Positions 20,938-30,403 of a stretch of DNA of 64,000 nt are shown here, in pieces. The notes below the pieces were generated by a model. It was not told where the DNA came from. It made no database searches and saw nothing but the letters and a program-made list of their open reading frames with translations. The translations under genes and the position numbers were made by a program. The stretch is from assembly GCA_046330995.1 (NCBI GenBank), contig JAXLRS010000003.1, positions 373,634 through 437,633 on the forward strand, read 5' to 3'. How positions within the stretch are numbered: the stretch's first letter is position 1; the number at the start of each line of letters is the position of its first letter. The stretch comes from Dermatophilaceae bacterium (lineage in GTDB: Bacteria; Actinomycetota; Actinomycetes; Actinomycetales; Dermatophilaceae).

Positions 20938-22758
20938 ATGCCGTCACCCGGGGAACCGCCTGCCGAGAAGGCATCCGACTCACCCGCGGTCAAGGCGTCC
21001 AAGCTCGTCCTCCCACCGGATGCGACCGTCGGTGACGCGTTCCGGGCGTGCCTGCGCTCCTGTCTCGATGACCATCTGGCCCCCAATGAGGCGCTCTTTC
21101 TCAAGGGACGGCACATGGACAACCTCCATCAGACGCGCGTGTCGTGGCGTCGGAGCCGGGCGGCGATGTCGTTGTTCGGACCGCTCCTCAAGCACGACGA
21201 GCGTGGCCAGGAGATCAAGATCCGGATGCGCGAGATCGTGCTCCCGCTCGGCCCCGCCCGCGATGCCGATGTCCTCCTCAAGCGCGCGGTCAAGGAGGAG
21301 TGGCCGGCGCGGCATACGAATCCCTTGCGCGGGCGACGCCGCTCGACGTATGCCGTGGCCGTCGCCCTCCTGCGCTCCCCCCAGTGGCGCGAGATGAAGG
21401 CGGACCTGCGGGCGTGGCTCGAGGACCCCAAATGGCTCGATTCCGCGCGCGACCTGCGCGACTCGCCCGCTCGGGTGCTGACGGACGCGGCGCTGGCGAA
21501 GCGGTATCTGCGGGTTGCCCACGCCGGGCCGTTCCTGGCGACGATGGCGCCGCACGGTCTGCACCGGGTGCGGATCGAGGGCAAGAAGCTGCGCTATGGG
21601 TGCGAGTTCTTCGAGAGTCTGTATGCCGATGCGCCCGGTTCGACGCCCGCCGCCTTCGCCTCGGCGCTGGGGGAGATGCAGGACGCCTTCGGTGAGGCGA
21701 ACGACATCGCCGTCGCCGTCCACACGTTGTCGGCGCACGCGATCCCGACCGAGCACGTCGAGGGCCGCGCGGACCGGGTTCACGCGATCGCCGCATGGGA
21801 GGACGTCATGGAGCTGCGGCCCTTCTGGATCCCGGCCGACGTGCCGACGACGGCGCCGGATCAGATCATCACCGCGCGCGCGGTGCCGCTCGGCGGCGTG
21901 CGGGCGATCACGGTGCACCGGACCCTGCCGCATCGCGACCGCTCGACGGTGGGCGCGTGGTGCTTCGTCGACCACTACGGGCCGACGCCGCTCGACGGCG
22001 CGCAGGGGATGGACGTGCCGCCGCACCCGCACATGGGGCTGCAGACGGTGTCGTGGCTCTTCGAGGGCGCGATCGAGCACCGCGACTCGGGCGGCGGATA
22101 TGGCCTCGTCCGGCCGGGGGAGGTCAACCTCATGACCTCCGGCCGCGGCATCTGCCACAGCGAGGTCTCCACCCCCGACACCAGGGTCCTCCACGGAACG
22201 CAGCTGTGGATCGCGTTGCCGCGCAAGGCGCTCGGCGTACCGCGGGGGTTCGAGCACCATACGCCCGAGCGGGTGGTGCTCGACGGGGGCGGGAGCGCGC
22301 GGGTCTTCGTCGGCAGTCTGTCGGGGCTGGCGAAGTCGCCGGTGACGACCTATTCGCCGCTCGTGGGCGCCCAGATCGACCTGCCGCCTGGCGCGCAGGC
22401 GCGGATCACCGTCAAGCACGACTTCGAACATGCACTGCTCGTCGACACCGGCGAACTCCGCCTCGGCGACGTCGTCCTTGGGCCCGGTGACCTGGGTGTC
22501 TATGACAGGGGCCGCAAGTCGCTGCGGATCGACCCGGGGCCGGATGGGGCCCGGCTGCTGCTGCTCGGCGGCGAACCGTTCGGGGAGAAAATCGTCATGT
22601 GGTGGAACCTCATCGGCCGCTCGCACGACGACATCGTCGCTGCCCGCCGGTCATGGGAGGCCGACGAGGCGCGGTTCGGTGCCGTGGAGGGGTATGCCGG
22701 TCCGGTCACCCGCCTGCCCGCCCCCGAGTTGCCGCACGTGCGCCTGCGTCCTCGCTGA
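20938..22758 (+). CDS. CHAD domain - pirin fusion protein
   Basis: ATG at 20938 in ORF 19702..22758. CHAD motifs (LHQTRVSWRRSR, HRVRIEGKKLRY) are followed with no stop codon by a full pirin (HPHMGLQTVSWLFEG...HRDSGG). Confidence 0.75.
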   Translation: MPSPGEPPAEKASDSPAVKASKLVLPPDATVGDAFRACLRSCLDDHLAPNEALFLKGRHMDNLHQTRVSWRRSRAAMSLFGPLLKHDERGQEIKIRMREIVLPLGPARDADVLLKRAVKEEWPARHTNPLRGRRRSTYAVAVALLRSPQWREMKADLRAWLEDPKWLDSARDLRDSPARVLTDAALAKRYLRVAHAGPFLATMAPHGLHRVRIEGKKLRYGCEFFESLYADAPGSTPAAFASALGEMQDAFGEANDIAVAVHTLSAHAIPTEHVEGRADRVHAIAAWEDVMELRPFWIPADVPTTAPDQIITARAVPLGGVRAITVHRTLPHRDRSTVGAWCFVDHYGPTPLDGAQGMDVPPHPHMGLQTVSWLFEGAIEHRDSGGGYGLVRPGEVNLMTSGRGICHSEVSTPDTRVLHGTQLWIALPRKALGVPRGFEHHTPERVVLDGGGSARVFVGSLSGLAKSPVTTYSPLVGAQIDLPPGAQARITVKHDFEHALLVDTGELRLGDVVLGPGDLGVYDRGRKSLRIDPGPDGARLLLLGGEPFGEKIVMWWNLIGRSHDDIVAARRSWEADEARFGAVEGYAGPVTRLPAPELPHVRLRPR

Positions 22759-22783
22759 TCGCGGGTCCCCCGCGGACGAGCGG

Positions 22784-22887
22784 ATGACCTCTCGACCGTG
22801 TTTATTTGATCTCTCGACGGGGTGGGTTGCGTCGAGAGGTCAAATAGCGGCCGTCGAGAGGTCAAATAGCGGGCGTCGAGAGGTCAT
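22784..22887. repeat. composite 22-bp-periodic repeat element: 2 inverted plus 3 direct units of GTCGAGAGGTCAAATAG
   Basis: ATGACCTCTCGAC (22784-22796) and TATTTGATCTCTCGAC (22803-22818) face GTCGAGAGGTCAAATAG (22831-22847 and 22853-22869) and GTCGAGAGGTCAT (22875-22887). Lies between the convergent pirin and glgP stops. Confidence 0.85.
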
Positions 22888-25458
22888 TCAGGGGCGGCGG
22901 GGTCGGACCTGGGGACCCCAGACCCGGTCGATGTAGTCGCGCATGGAGCGATCGCTGGAGAAGTAGCCGCAGCGGGCGACGTTGAGGATCGCCATGCGGG
23001 CCCAGGAGTCCTGATCGGCGTAGGCCGCGTCGACCCGCGCCTGCGCATCCATGTAGGCCCGGTAGTCGGCGAGGACGAGGAAGCGGTCGTTGGTGAGGAG
23101 GTCACCGACGACGGGGTTGCCGGCCGAGCGATCGCCACCGGTGAAGTGCCCACTGCCGAGCAGGTCGATGGCCCGGCGCAGGTCGGGGTCGGACTGGTAG
23201 TAGGTGCTCGGGGCATACCCCCGAGCCTGGAGTGCGGCGACCTCGGGCTCGGGCATGCCGAAGAGGAAGAAGTTCTCGTCGCCGACGAGTTGGCGGATCT
23301 CGACATTGGCGCCGTCGTCGGTGCCGATCGTCAACGCTCCGTTGAGCGCGAGCTTCATATTGCCGGTGCCCGAGGCCTCCTTGCCCGCCAGCGAGATCTG
23401 CTCCGAAAGGTCTGCCGCCGGGATGATCTTCTCGGCGAGCGTGACGTTGTAATTGGGGGCGAAGACGACGACGAGCCGCCCCTCCATCCGCGGGTCGTTG
23501 TTGACGACGGCGGCGACCTGATTGATGAGGTGGATGGTCTCCTTCGCGAGGAAGTAGCCCGGCGCGGCCTTCGCCCCGAAGATGACGAGGCGCGCTGTGA
23601 CGTCCTCGATCCGGATGCGGCCGGAGAGAACCTGCTCATAGATCGTCACGACATGGAGGAGCTTGAGAGTCTGCCGCTTGTATTCGTGCAGCCGCTTGAC
23701 CATGACGTCGACGAGGTGTCCGTCGGGCAGATCGATCCGGGCGAAGATTCGTGAGAGGGTCGCGAGTCGTTCCTTATTGGCCTGTTTGACGGCGCGGAAG
23801 GCGGCGCGGAAGGCGGGGTCCTCGGCATACGGCTCGAGGTCGCGGAAGCGCTCGAGATCGGTGACCCAGCCGTCGCCGATGGTGTCCGTCACGAGGCCGG
23901 AGAGGTTGGGGTCGGCGAGGCAGATGAACCGGCGCGGGCTCACGCCGTTGGTGACATTGGTGAACTTCTCGGGCCACAGGTGCGCGAAATCGGGGAGCAC
24001 CTTGTCGCGCAGGAGCCGGGACTGCAACTCGGCCACGCCGTTGACGCGGGTGGCGGCCACGGTTGCGAGATGAGCCATCCGGACCCCCTTCACGGGGGAT
24101 TCGGTGATGATCGACATCCGGCCGAGACGCAGCTCGTCACCGGGATAGGCCTCCCGGACCTGAGCGAGGAAGCGGGCGTTGATCCCATAGATGATCTCGA
24201 GGTGCCGGGGCAGAAGCCTCTCGAAGAGACTCGTCGGCCACACCTCGAGGGCTTCGGGCAGCAGCGTGTGGCAGGTGTAGGCGAAACAGCGCGACGTGAC
24301 CTCCCACGCCTGGTCCCAGTCCATGGCGTGCTCGTCGAGGAGCAGGCGCATGAGTTCGGGGATCGCGATGACCGGATGGGTGTCATTGAGCTGGAAGGTG
24401 ATCTGCTCCGAAAGCCGGGTCAGGTCGAACCCCTGCGGAAGGGTCCCGTGAAGGTAGTCCTGGATCGAGCAGGCGACGAAGAAGTACTGCTGCTGGAGGC
24501 GCAGCTCCCGGCCCTGCGGGGTCGAGTCCTCGGGATAGAGGACCTTCGTGATGTTCTCGGCGAACGTCTGGGCGCGCACCGCCTCGACATAGTTGCCCGA
24601 GTTGAAGATCTGCAGGTCGAACGCGTGGGTGGCCTCGGCGCTCCACAGGCGCAGGGTGTTGGCGACGCCGTTCCGATAGCCGGGGACCATGTAGTTGTAG
24701 GGGATGCCGAGGACGTTCCACGCGGGCACCCAGCGGCGGCGCTCGCGGCCGGCGTCATCGGCATACGACTCGGTGTGGCCGCCGAAGTCGACCGTGACCG
24801 CTCGGTCCGGGTTGGGGAACTCCCACGGGGCGCCGAGGGCGAGCCAGGTGTCGGGCCCTTCCTGCTGGCGGCCGTCGGCGGTGAAGGTCTGCGCGAAGAT
24901 TCCGTAGTCGTAGCGAATCCCATAGCCGATACAACTGACATCCATCGTCGCGAGGGAGTCGACGAAGCAGGCCGCGAGACGGCCGAGGCCACCATTGCCC
25001 AGGCCCGGCTCGACCTCCTGGGCGCGGATGAGGCCGAGGTCGAGGCCGAGGACGTCCATCGCCTCCTCGACGATGCCGGTCAGGCCGCTGTTGAGGAGAG
25101 CATTGCCGAGTTGCCGCCCGAGCAGATATTCGGCCGACAGGTAGCCGACCATCTTGGCCGGGTTCGCACGGCGCCGGGCGGCGGTCTGCAGCCAGTCGGC
25201 CATGAGATAGCTGCGGACGGTCCGGGCGAGCGCGAGGTATTGGTGATTGAGCGTCGAGCGACCCAGCGGAGCGCCCTCGCCGAAGTTGAGTTCCTCGAGG
25301 AACTCCCGGACGAAGGCGTCGACGGTGCGTTCGGGAGCGACCGCCGGCGCCAGGGCGAGTGGGTGGGTCGGCTCCCGCGCGGGGCCGATCCGGCGGAAGT
25401 CCAGCGTCGGGGCGTCGTGGTCTTCCGGGGCCCAGGGCCCCACCGGCTGGTCACTCAT
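22888..25458 (-). CDS. glgP: glycogen/alpha-glucan phosphorylase
   Basis: 856 aa from MSDQPVG. GLGNGGLGRLAACF and the pyridoxal-phosphate region EASGTGNMKLALNGA. Confidence 0.92.
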   Translation of the reverse strand: MSDQPVGPWAPEDHDAPTLDFRRIGPAREPTHPLALAPAVAPERTVDAFVREFLEELNFGEGAPLGRSTLNHQYLALARTVRSYLMADWLQTAARRRANPAKMVGYLSAEYLLGRQLGNALLNSGLTGIVEEAMDVLGLDLGLIRAQEVEPGLGNGGLGRLAACFVDSLATMDVSCIGYGIRYDYGIFAQTFTADGRQQEGPDTWLALGAPWEFPNPDRAVTVDFGGHTESYADDAGRERRRWVPAWNVLGIPYNYMVPGYRNGVANTLRLWSAEATHAFDLQIFNSGNYVEAVRAQTFAENITKVLYPEDSTPQGRELRLQQQYFFVACSIQDYLHGTLPQGFDLTRLSEQITFQLNDTHPVIAIPELMRLLLDEHAMDWDQAWEVTSRCFAYTCHTLLPEALEVWPTSLFERLLPRHLEIIYGINARFLAQVREAYPGDELRLGRMSIITESPVKGVRMAHLATVAATRVNGVAELQSRLLRDKVLPDFAHLWPEKFTNVTNGVSPRRFICLADPNLSGLVTDTIGDGWVTDLERFRDLEPYAEDPAFRAAFRAVKQANKERLATLSRIFARIDLPDGHLVDVMVKRLHEYKRQTLKLLHVVTIYEQVLSGRIRIEDVTARLVIFGAKAAPGYFLAKETIHLINQVAAVVNNDPRMEGRLVVVFAPNYNVTLAEKIIPAADLSEQISLAGKEASGTGNMKLALNGALTIGTDDGANVEIRQLVGDENFFLFGMPEPEVAALQARGYAPSTYYQSDPDLRRAIDLLGSGHFTGGDRSAGNPVVGDLLTNDRFLVLADYRAYMDAQARVDAAYADQDSWARMAILNVARCGYFSSDRSMRDYIDRVWGPQVRPRRP

Positions 25459-25576
25459 GGCCGCCCTCACCGTCGTCGGTCGATGCCCGACGCTAGCGCA
25501 CAGGTGACCGGCGCGCCCAGCCCCTCGTGGATGGCCGGCTGGTGAACACGGCCCCAAGCGTGATCCGGCCGGGCCG

Positions 25577-26353
25577 TCAGTTCACGGAGATGTGGACGTG
25601 GTCCATGTGGTTCTGCGTCGGGCTGCCGCGGTCCTCCATCAGCCGCCAGACACCTGTCGACGGCATCCAGATCCGCTGCTGCCAGATGACGTATTTGATC
25701 CCGAACCGGCCCGCATTGGCGAGGGCGTATGCCGCGACGGCGTCTCCCTGCGCGGAACTGGTGATCATGACATCGACGGCGTGACCCGTCCCGTGGTCAC
25801 CCCAGTCACCCGGGCGCAGACCGCCGATGTTGGTGATGCCGAACGTCGAGCGGACGGCCGAATAGACGGCCGCGGCGCTCGGGACGAGACCGAGTGCGGC
25901 ACCCGCCGCGGCGTATGCCGTGGTCGACCCCCCGATCGGTGCTCCACCCGCCGCTGCGGTCGCCCCGGGCGAGGCCCCGTTCGCGACGGCGATCGCGGCC
26001 TCGACCGGGTCGGGCCTGGCGACCGCCTTGACCCCGAGCGCGCCGAAGGCCGACGGGCGTCGGGGTGCGTCGAGTTCCGGGGCGAGCAGGCCGGTGGTGG
26101 GGAGGGTGGCGTCGTCACCGGAGCGGGTGGAGAGGGAGCGCGAGGCCGCCGTTTCGGCGCGGGCGGCGAACCCGGCCCAGGCGCTGGCCTCGGTGATGGA
26201 GGGCGAGACGGCGCCGGACGCGATCGCCGCGTCGGCCGGGTCGGCGCGGGTGGTGGCGGACGCGGCATACGCCAGGCAGCCGGTGGCGAGCGCGGCAATA
26301 GTGAGAAGCTGGGCTCCGCGCGCGGCGAGCGGGGTGCGCGTGAGGGCGTGCAC
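25577..26353 (-). CDS. secreted LAS/VanY-like (M15-type) zinc peptidase-like protein
   Basis: Signal peptide, Ala-rich linker, C-terminal HGTGHAVD (HxxGxAxD) and DHVHISV (HxH) metal-ligand motifs. Confidence 0.6.
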   Translation of the reverse strand: MHALTRTPLAARGAQLLTIAALATGCLAYAASATTRADPADAAIASGAVSPSITEASAWAGFAARAETAASRSLSTRSGDDATLPTTGLLAPELDAPRRPSAFGALGVKAVARPDPVEAAIAVANGASPGATAAAGGAPIGGSTTAYAAAGAALGLVPSAAAVYSAVRSTFGITNIGGLRPGDWGDHGTGHAVDVMITSSAQGDAVAAYALANAGRFGIKYVIWQQRIWMPSTGVWRLMEDRGSPTQNHMDHVHISVN

Positions 26354-26440
26354 GATCGACGGGACCTTCCGTGGGGGACGCTACCAAGGTAACGATTCGG
26401 ATACGGGCTTGTCACATCGTCCTCCGCCGGGACCCACCGT

Positions 26441-27031
26441 GTGGTGACTACGGTGGGCCCCGTGGCTCGATTCACTCGCGCGCAGCTCGAGTCCTTCCGG
26501 GGCGCCGAGGTGCCCGATCTCGTGGGTCCTGACCTGCGACTTCTCTTCGTCGGGATCAATCCCGGTCTGTGGACGGCGGCGACCCGGACCCACTTCGCCC
26601 ACCCGGGGAACCGGTTCTATCCCGCGCTGCTTCGCGCCGGGATCATCGATCGGCGGATCGATCCAGCGGCGGGGATGACCGACGCGGACCGGGCCTATCT
26701 CGTCGGGCGAGGCATCGGGATCACCAATGTCGTGGGGCGGGCGACGGCGCGGGCCGACGAGCTCACTCGTGCGGAACTCATCGCCGGGGGCGAGGCGTTG
26801 ACGGGGTTCGTCGCGATGCACCGGCCGCGGGTGGTCGCGGTGGCGGGGGTGACGGCCTATCGCGAGGCGTTCGGGCGGCGCCGCGCGGTGCTCGGCCGCC
26901 AGCCCGAGGAATTCGCCGGCGCGCCGTTGTGGGTGGTGCCCAACCCGAGCGGCCTCAACGCGCACGACACGATCGACACCCTCGCCATGGCGTATGCCGA
27001 GCCCGCCCGCGCCGCCGGGCTGCTCCCCTGA
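26441..27031 (+). CDS. mug: G/U mismatch-specific DNA glycosylase (UDG family 2)
   Basis: GINPG and NPSGLN motifs with typical spacing. Confidence 0.85.
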   Translation: MVTTVGPVARFTRAQLESFRGAEVPDLVGPDLRLLFVGINPGLWTAATRTHFAHPGNRFYPALLRAGIIDRRIDPAAGMTDADRAYLVGRGIGITNVVGRATARADELTRAELIAGGEALTGFVAMHRPRVVAVAGVTAYREAFGRRRAVLGRQPEEFAGAPLWVVPNPSGLNAHDTIDTLAMAYAEPARAAGLLP

Positions 27032-27097
27032 TGGGGGGCGCTCCTCGGCAGACCCCGAGCGGGCTTATTGCGACGGGGCTGCATTAAGCTCGGCCGG

Positions 27098-27790
27098 GTG
27101 CACGTCCCCGACGGCTTCCTCGACGCCCCGACCTCCTTGGCCACGGCAGTGGGCGCCGCCGCGGGCGTCGGGCTGTGCCTGCGCGGAGCCCGGCGCGAAC
27201 TCGACGACCGGACGGCGCCGCTGGCGGGGCTGGTCGCGGTGTTCGTGTTCGCCGCGCAGATGCTCAATTTCCCGGTCGGCGCCGGGACCTCGGGTCACCT
27301 CGTCGGGGGTGCGCTGGCGGCCGTCCTCGTCGGGCCGTGCACGGCCACGCTCTGCCTCGCCGTCGTCCTCCTCGTCCAGGCCATCGCCTTCGCCGACGGC
27401 GGGCTGACCGCGCTCGGGACCAATGTCACCCTCATGGGGCTGATCGGGGTCTGGACCGCGTATGCCGCCTTCCGTCTCGCCCGCGCCGCCCTCCCGACGC
27501 GGCTGGCGAGTGTGCCCGCGGCGGCGGCGTTCGGGGCGCTGGTGTCGGTGCCCGCGGCGGCGCTCGGGTTCGTCGGGCTGTATGCCGCCGGCGGCGCCGC
27601 GCCCATCCCCCTCGGGCCGCTGCTCGCGACCATGCTCGGCTGGCACCTGATGATCGGGCTGGGCGAGGCGCTCATCACCTATCTCGCCGTCGGCTCGATC
27701 GTCGCGACCCGGCCCGACCTCGTCCACGGCGCCCGGCGCGTCGTGGCCACCGACCGCCCACTCGAGATCCGCCCCGGGGTGGTGGCGTGA
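27098..27790 (+). CDS. cbiM: ECF transporter substrate-specific component CbiM
   Basis: GTG start gives (M)HVPDGFLD, the conserved metal-binding N-terminus. Polytopic. Confidence 0.85.
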   Translation: MHVPDGFLDAPTSLATAVGAAAGVGLCLRGARRELDDRTAPLAGLVAVFVFAAQMLNFPVGAGTSGHLVGGALAAVLVGPCTATLCLAVVLLVQAIAFADGGLTALGTNVTLMGLIGVWTAYAAFRLARAALPTRLASVPAAAAFGALVSVPAAALGFVGLYAAGGAAPIPLGPLLATMLGWHLMIGLGEALITYLAVGSIVATRPDLVHGARRVVATDRPLEIRPGVVA

Positions 27791-28119
27791 GGAGGCGAGC
27801 GGTCGGCATACGGACCCTGGTGGGGGTGGGGCTGGTGGTGTGCCTGCTGCTGGCGGGAGTCGTCAGTGTCTTCGCATCATCGAGTCCTGACGGTCTGCAG
27901 CACGTCGCCGACACGCTCGGATTCGCTTCCAGCGCAACGCCACACGCCAGTGACGGGTCGCCTTTGGCGGGCTATGGGGTCCGGGGTGTCCATGATTCCC
28001 GGCTCTCTGGCGGGCTCGCCGGCGTCATCGGGGTCGTGCTGGTCGGCGTCCTCGCGTTCGGGCTGACCTGGGCGCTGCGCAGGCGCGCGCCCGGCGGGCA
28101 TGACCGCGAGGATCGCTGA
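27787..28119 (+). CDS. PDGLE-domain protein (CbiN-like accessory component)
   Basis: GTGA overlap with cbiM. Two TM helices flank an SSSPDGLQH motif. Confidence 0.7.
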   Translation: MRRRAVGIRTLVGVGLVVCLLLAGVVSVFASSSPDGLQHVADTLGFASSATPHASDGSPLAGYGVRGVHDSRLSGGLAGVIGVVLVGVLAFGLTWALRRRAPGGHDREDR

Positions 28120-28872
28120 GTGGGCGCCGGCCACCTGCCCCACCGCGGGGACTCGCACGTCCACCGGCTCCCCGCGCACACCAAACTCGTTGCGCTGCTG
28201 TTCTTCGTCGGCACGGTCGTGGTGACGCCACGCGAGGCGGTCCCGGCCTTCGGGGCGTATGCCGTTCTCCTCCTCCTCGTCGCTGCCCGCACCCGGGTGC
28301 CGCCTGGCCAACTCGGGCGGCGGATGATCGTCGAGGTGCCGTTCGTCGTGTTCGCGCTTCTGATGCCGGTGGTCGCGACCGGCCCGCGGGTCGATGTCGG
28401 ACCGATGTCACTGTCCCGCGGCGGATTGTGGGGTGCCTGGGCACTGCTGGCGAAGGGGACGCTGGGCGTGCTCGCGTCCGTATTGTTCGCCGCGACGACC
28501 GAGCCGCGGGACGCGGTGCGGGCGTTGGAGAAGTTCCGGCTGCCGCAGCCGATCGTCCAGATCGCGTCGTTCATGGTCCGGTATCTCGACGTGGTCGCCG
28601 CAGAGATGCGCCGGATGCGGATCGCGCGCGAGTCGCGGGGATTCCGGGCGCGGTCGGTGCGGCAGTGGCGGGTGTTGGCGGGCTCGCTCGGGGCGTTGTT
28701 CATCCGGTCCTACGAGCGCGGCGAGCGGGTCCACCTCGCGATGCTGTCGCGGGGGTATGCCGGGCGGCTCCCCTTCGCGCGCGAGCTCACCGCGAGCCGG
28801 CGTCAGTGGGCGGAGGCGTTGGTCCTGCCCGGGGCGGGGATCGCCATACTCGCGGCGGTGGTGCTGTCATGA
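28120..28872 (+). CDS. cbiQ: ECF transporter T component CbiQ
   Basis: Polytopic, with the conserved ARESRGF coupling motif. Confidence 0.8.
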   Translation: MGAGHLPHRGDSHVHRLPAHTKLVALLFFVGTVVVTPREAVPAFGAYAVLLLLVAARTRVPPGQLGRRMIVEVPFVVFALLMPVVATGPRVDVGPMSLSRGGLWGAWALLAKGTLGVLASVLFAATTEPRDAVRALEKFRLPQPIVQIASFMVRYLDVVAAEMRRMRIARESRGFRARSVRQWRVLAGSLGALFIRSYERGERVHLAMLSRGYAGRLPFARELTASRRQWAEALVLPGAGIAILAAVVLS

Positions 28873-29615
28873 CGACGCCGGTCCTCCAATTGCGCGGGGT
28901 CGCCTATGCCTATCCCGATGGACACCAGGCGCTCTTCGGCGTCGACCTCCATGTCCATCCGGGGGAGCGGGTCGCGCTGCTCGGACCCAATGGCGCGGGC
29001 AAGACGACGCTCGTCCTTCACCTCAACGGCATCCTCCGCGCGGGAGCGGGCACCGTCGCGGTGTCGGGCCTGCCGGTGCGCGACGACACCCTGCTGGAGA
29101 TCCGGCGGCGGGTCGGCGTGATCTTCCAGGACCCCGACGATCAGTTGTTCATGCCAACGGTGCGCGACGACGTCGCGTTCGGGCCGGCGAACCTCGGGTT
29201 GTCCCGGGAGGCGATCGTGGCGCGGGTCGACGCCGCGCTCGGTGCCGTCGGGATGCTCGACCACATCGACCGGCAGCCGCATCACCTGTCCTTCGGGCAA
29301 CGCCGGCGCGTGGCCATCGCGACGGTCCTGGCGATGGAGCCGGAGATCCTCGTCCTCGACGAGCCCTCGTCCAACCTCGACCCCGCCTCGCGCCGGGAAC
29401 TCGCCGAGATTCTCGGCTCCCTCGACGTGACTGTCCTCATGGTCACGCACGACCTGCCGTATGCGCTCCAGCTCTGCGAGCGGGCCGTCATCCTCTCCGA
29501 CGGCGTCGTCGCCGCGGACGGTCCCACCGCGCAGGTGCTCACGGACGCCGACCTCCTCGCGGCGCATCGGCTGGAGTTGCCCTTCGGCTTCGACCCCCGG
29601 GCCACGCGTCATTGA
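28869..29615 (+). CDS. cbiO: ECF transporter ATPase CbiO
   Basis: ATGA overlap with cbiQ. Walker A GPNGAGKT, signature LSFGQRRR, Walker B ILVLDEP. Confidence 0.88.
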   Translation: MTTPVLQLRGVAYAYPDGHQALFGVDLHVHPGERVALLGPNGAGKTTLVLHLNGILRAGAGTVAVSGLPVRDDTLLEIRRRVGVIFQDPDDQLFMPTVRDDVAFGPANLGLSREAIVARVDAALGAVGMLDHIDRQPHHLSFGQRRRVAIATVLAMEPEILVLDEPSSNLDPASRRELAEILGSLDVTVLMVTHDLPYALQLCERAVILSDGVVAADGPTAQVLTDADLLAAHRLELPFGFDPRATRH

Positions 29616-29804
29616 CCCGGGTGGAGCCGGTGATGCGGTGTCGAGTGTGGGCGTCATGCGCGACTGGGCGTTCACCTACCCACTCTCGTCGCAGGCCCCA
29701 CACTGAGGCCCGAGACCTCGGGTGGGTGGCGACGAGACCTCCGGCGGAGGGGTGTGGACCCGGGGAGGAGGTGCACGGCATACGGACCGGTGGAGGCTCG
29801 AGTC

Positions 29805-29978
29805 ATGACCGCACTCGCCCTGATCCTCGTCCTCGCCGGCATGGCGTTCTTCGCCCTCCTCGCCCTCGTCCCGCTCCTGCTCGAGCACGACGCGGAGCGC
29901 ACGGAGGCCGCGGAAGTCACCCCCACCCCGCCCCATCTGCCGCCAGCGCCGCTCCCGACGCGTGCCCGCCTTGCCTGA
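29805..29978 (+). CDS. small hypothetical membrane protein
   Basis: MTALALILVLAGMAFFALLALVPLLL single TM helix. GGTGGAGG lies upstream. Weak evidence only. Confidence 0.3.
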   Translation: MTALALILVLAGMAFFALLALVPLLLEHDAERTEAAEVTPTPPHLPPAPLPTRARLA

Positions 29979-30371
29979 TCAGGCGTGGAAGGTCGTCGCG
30001 TGCTTCGGCTGATAGATGAGGATGGCGTCGGACCCCGGGACCTCGACCTCCATGCCGACCCCGAAGCCCATGTCGGACGGCCCGGTGTTGATCGTCGCGC
30101 CCCGCTCGCGGATCGTCGTCGCCGCCGCTTCGATGTCATCGACCATGAGGCTGATCTGGTGGTGGCGCGGCGCGGTGAACTGGACGCCCTTGTGCTCCTC
30201 CGCCGTCGGGTGAATCCCGATCTCGCTCGGGCCGGTGGCGAAGATGAGCCAGCCGTCGACGTCCTGGCTCTCGTCGTCGCTGGTGAAGGGAAGGCCGAGG
30301 ACGTCGCGGAAGAATGCCCGCGTCGCGGGGGCGTCGTCGCTGTAGATGAGCCCGTGAACGGCAGTGATCAT
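29979..30371 (-). CDS. VOC/glyoxalase-family protein
   Basis: 130 aa with two beta-alpha-beta-beta-beta modules (FFRDVLGLPF ... HHQISLMVDDIEAA). Confidence 0.8.
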   Translation of the reverse strand: MITAVHGLIYSDDAPATRAFFRDVLGLPFTSDDESQDVDGWLIFATGPSEIGIHPTAEEHKGVQFTAPRHHQISLMVDDIEAAATTIRERGATINTGPSDMGFGVGMEVEVPGSDAILIYQPKHATTFHA

Positions 30372-30403
30372 CCCCCGACCCTATCCACCCCCGCCCCCAC
30401 CCC

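Noticed and set aside
22784-22887. Possible CRISPR array, because of short direct repeats.
   Set aside because: Only 2-3 units of 17 nt with 5-nt spacers and a 22-bp period. No cas genes. The geometry is wrong for CRISPR.
26354-26440. c-di-AMP (ydaO-type) riboswitch upstream of the secreted peptidase gene, as is often seen before actinobacterial cell-wall hydrolases.
   Set aside because: The leader is only about 87 nt and I see no conserved ydaO elements.
27032-27097. Cobalamin riboswitch or NikR operator upstream of cbiM.
   Set aside because: Only 66 nt of leader and no B12-box-like sequence seen.
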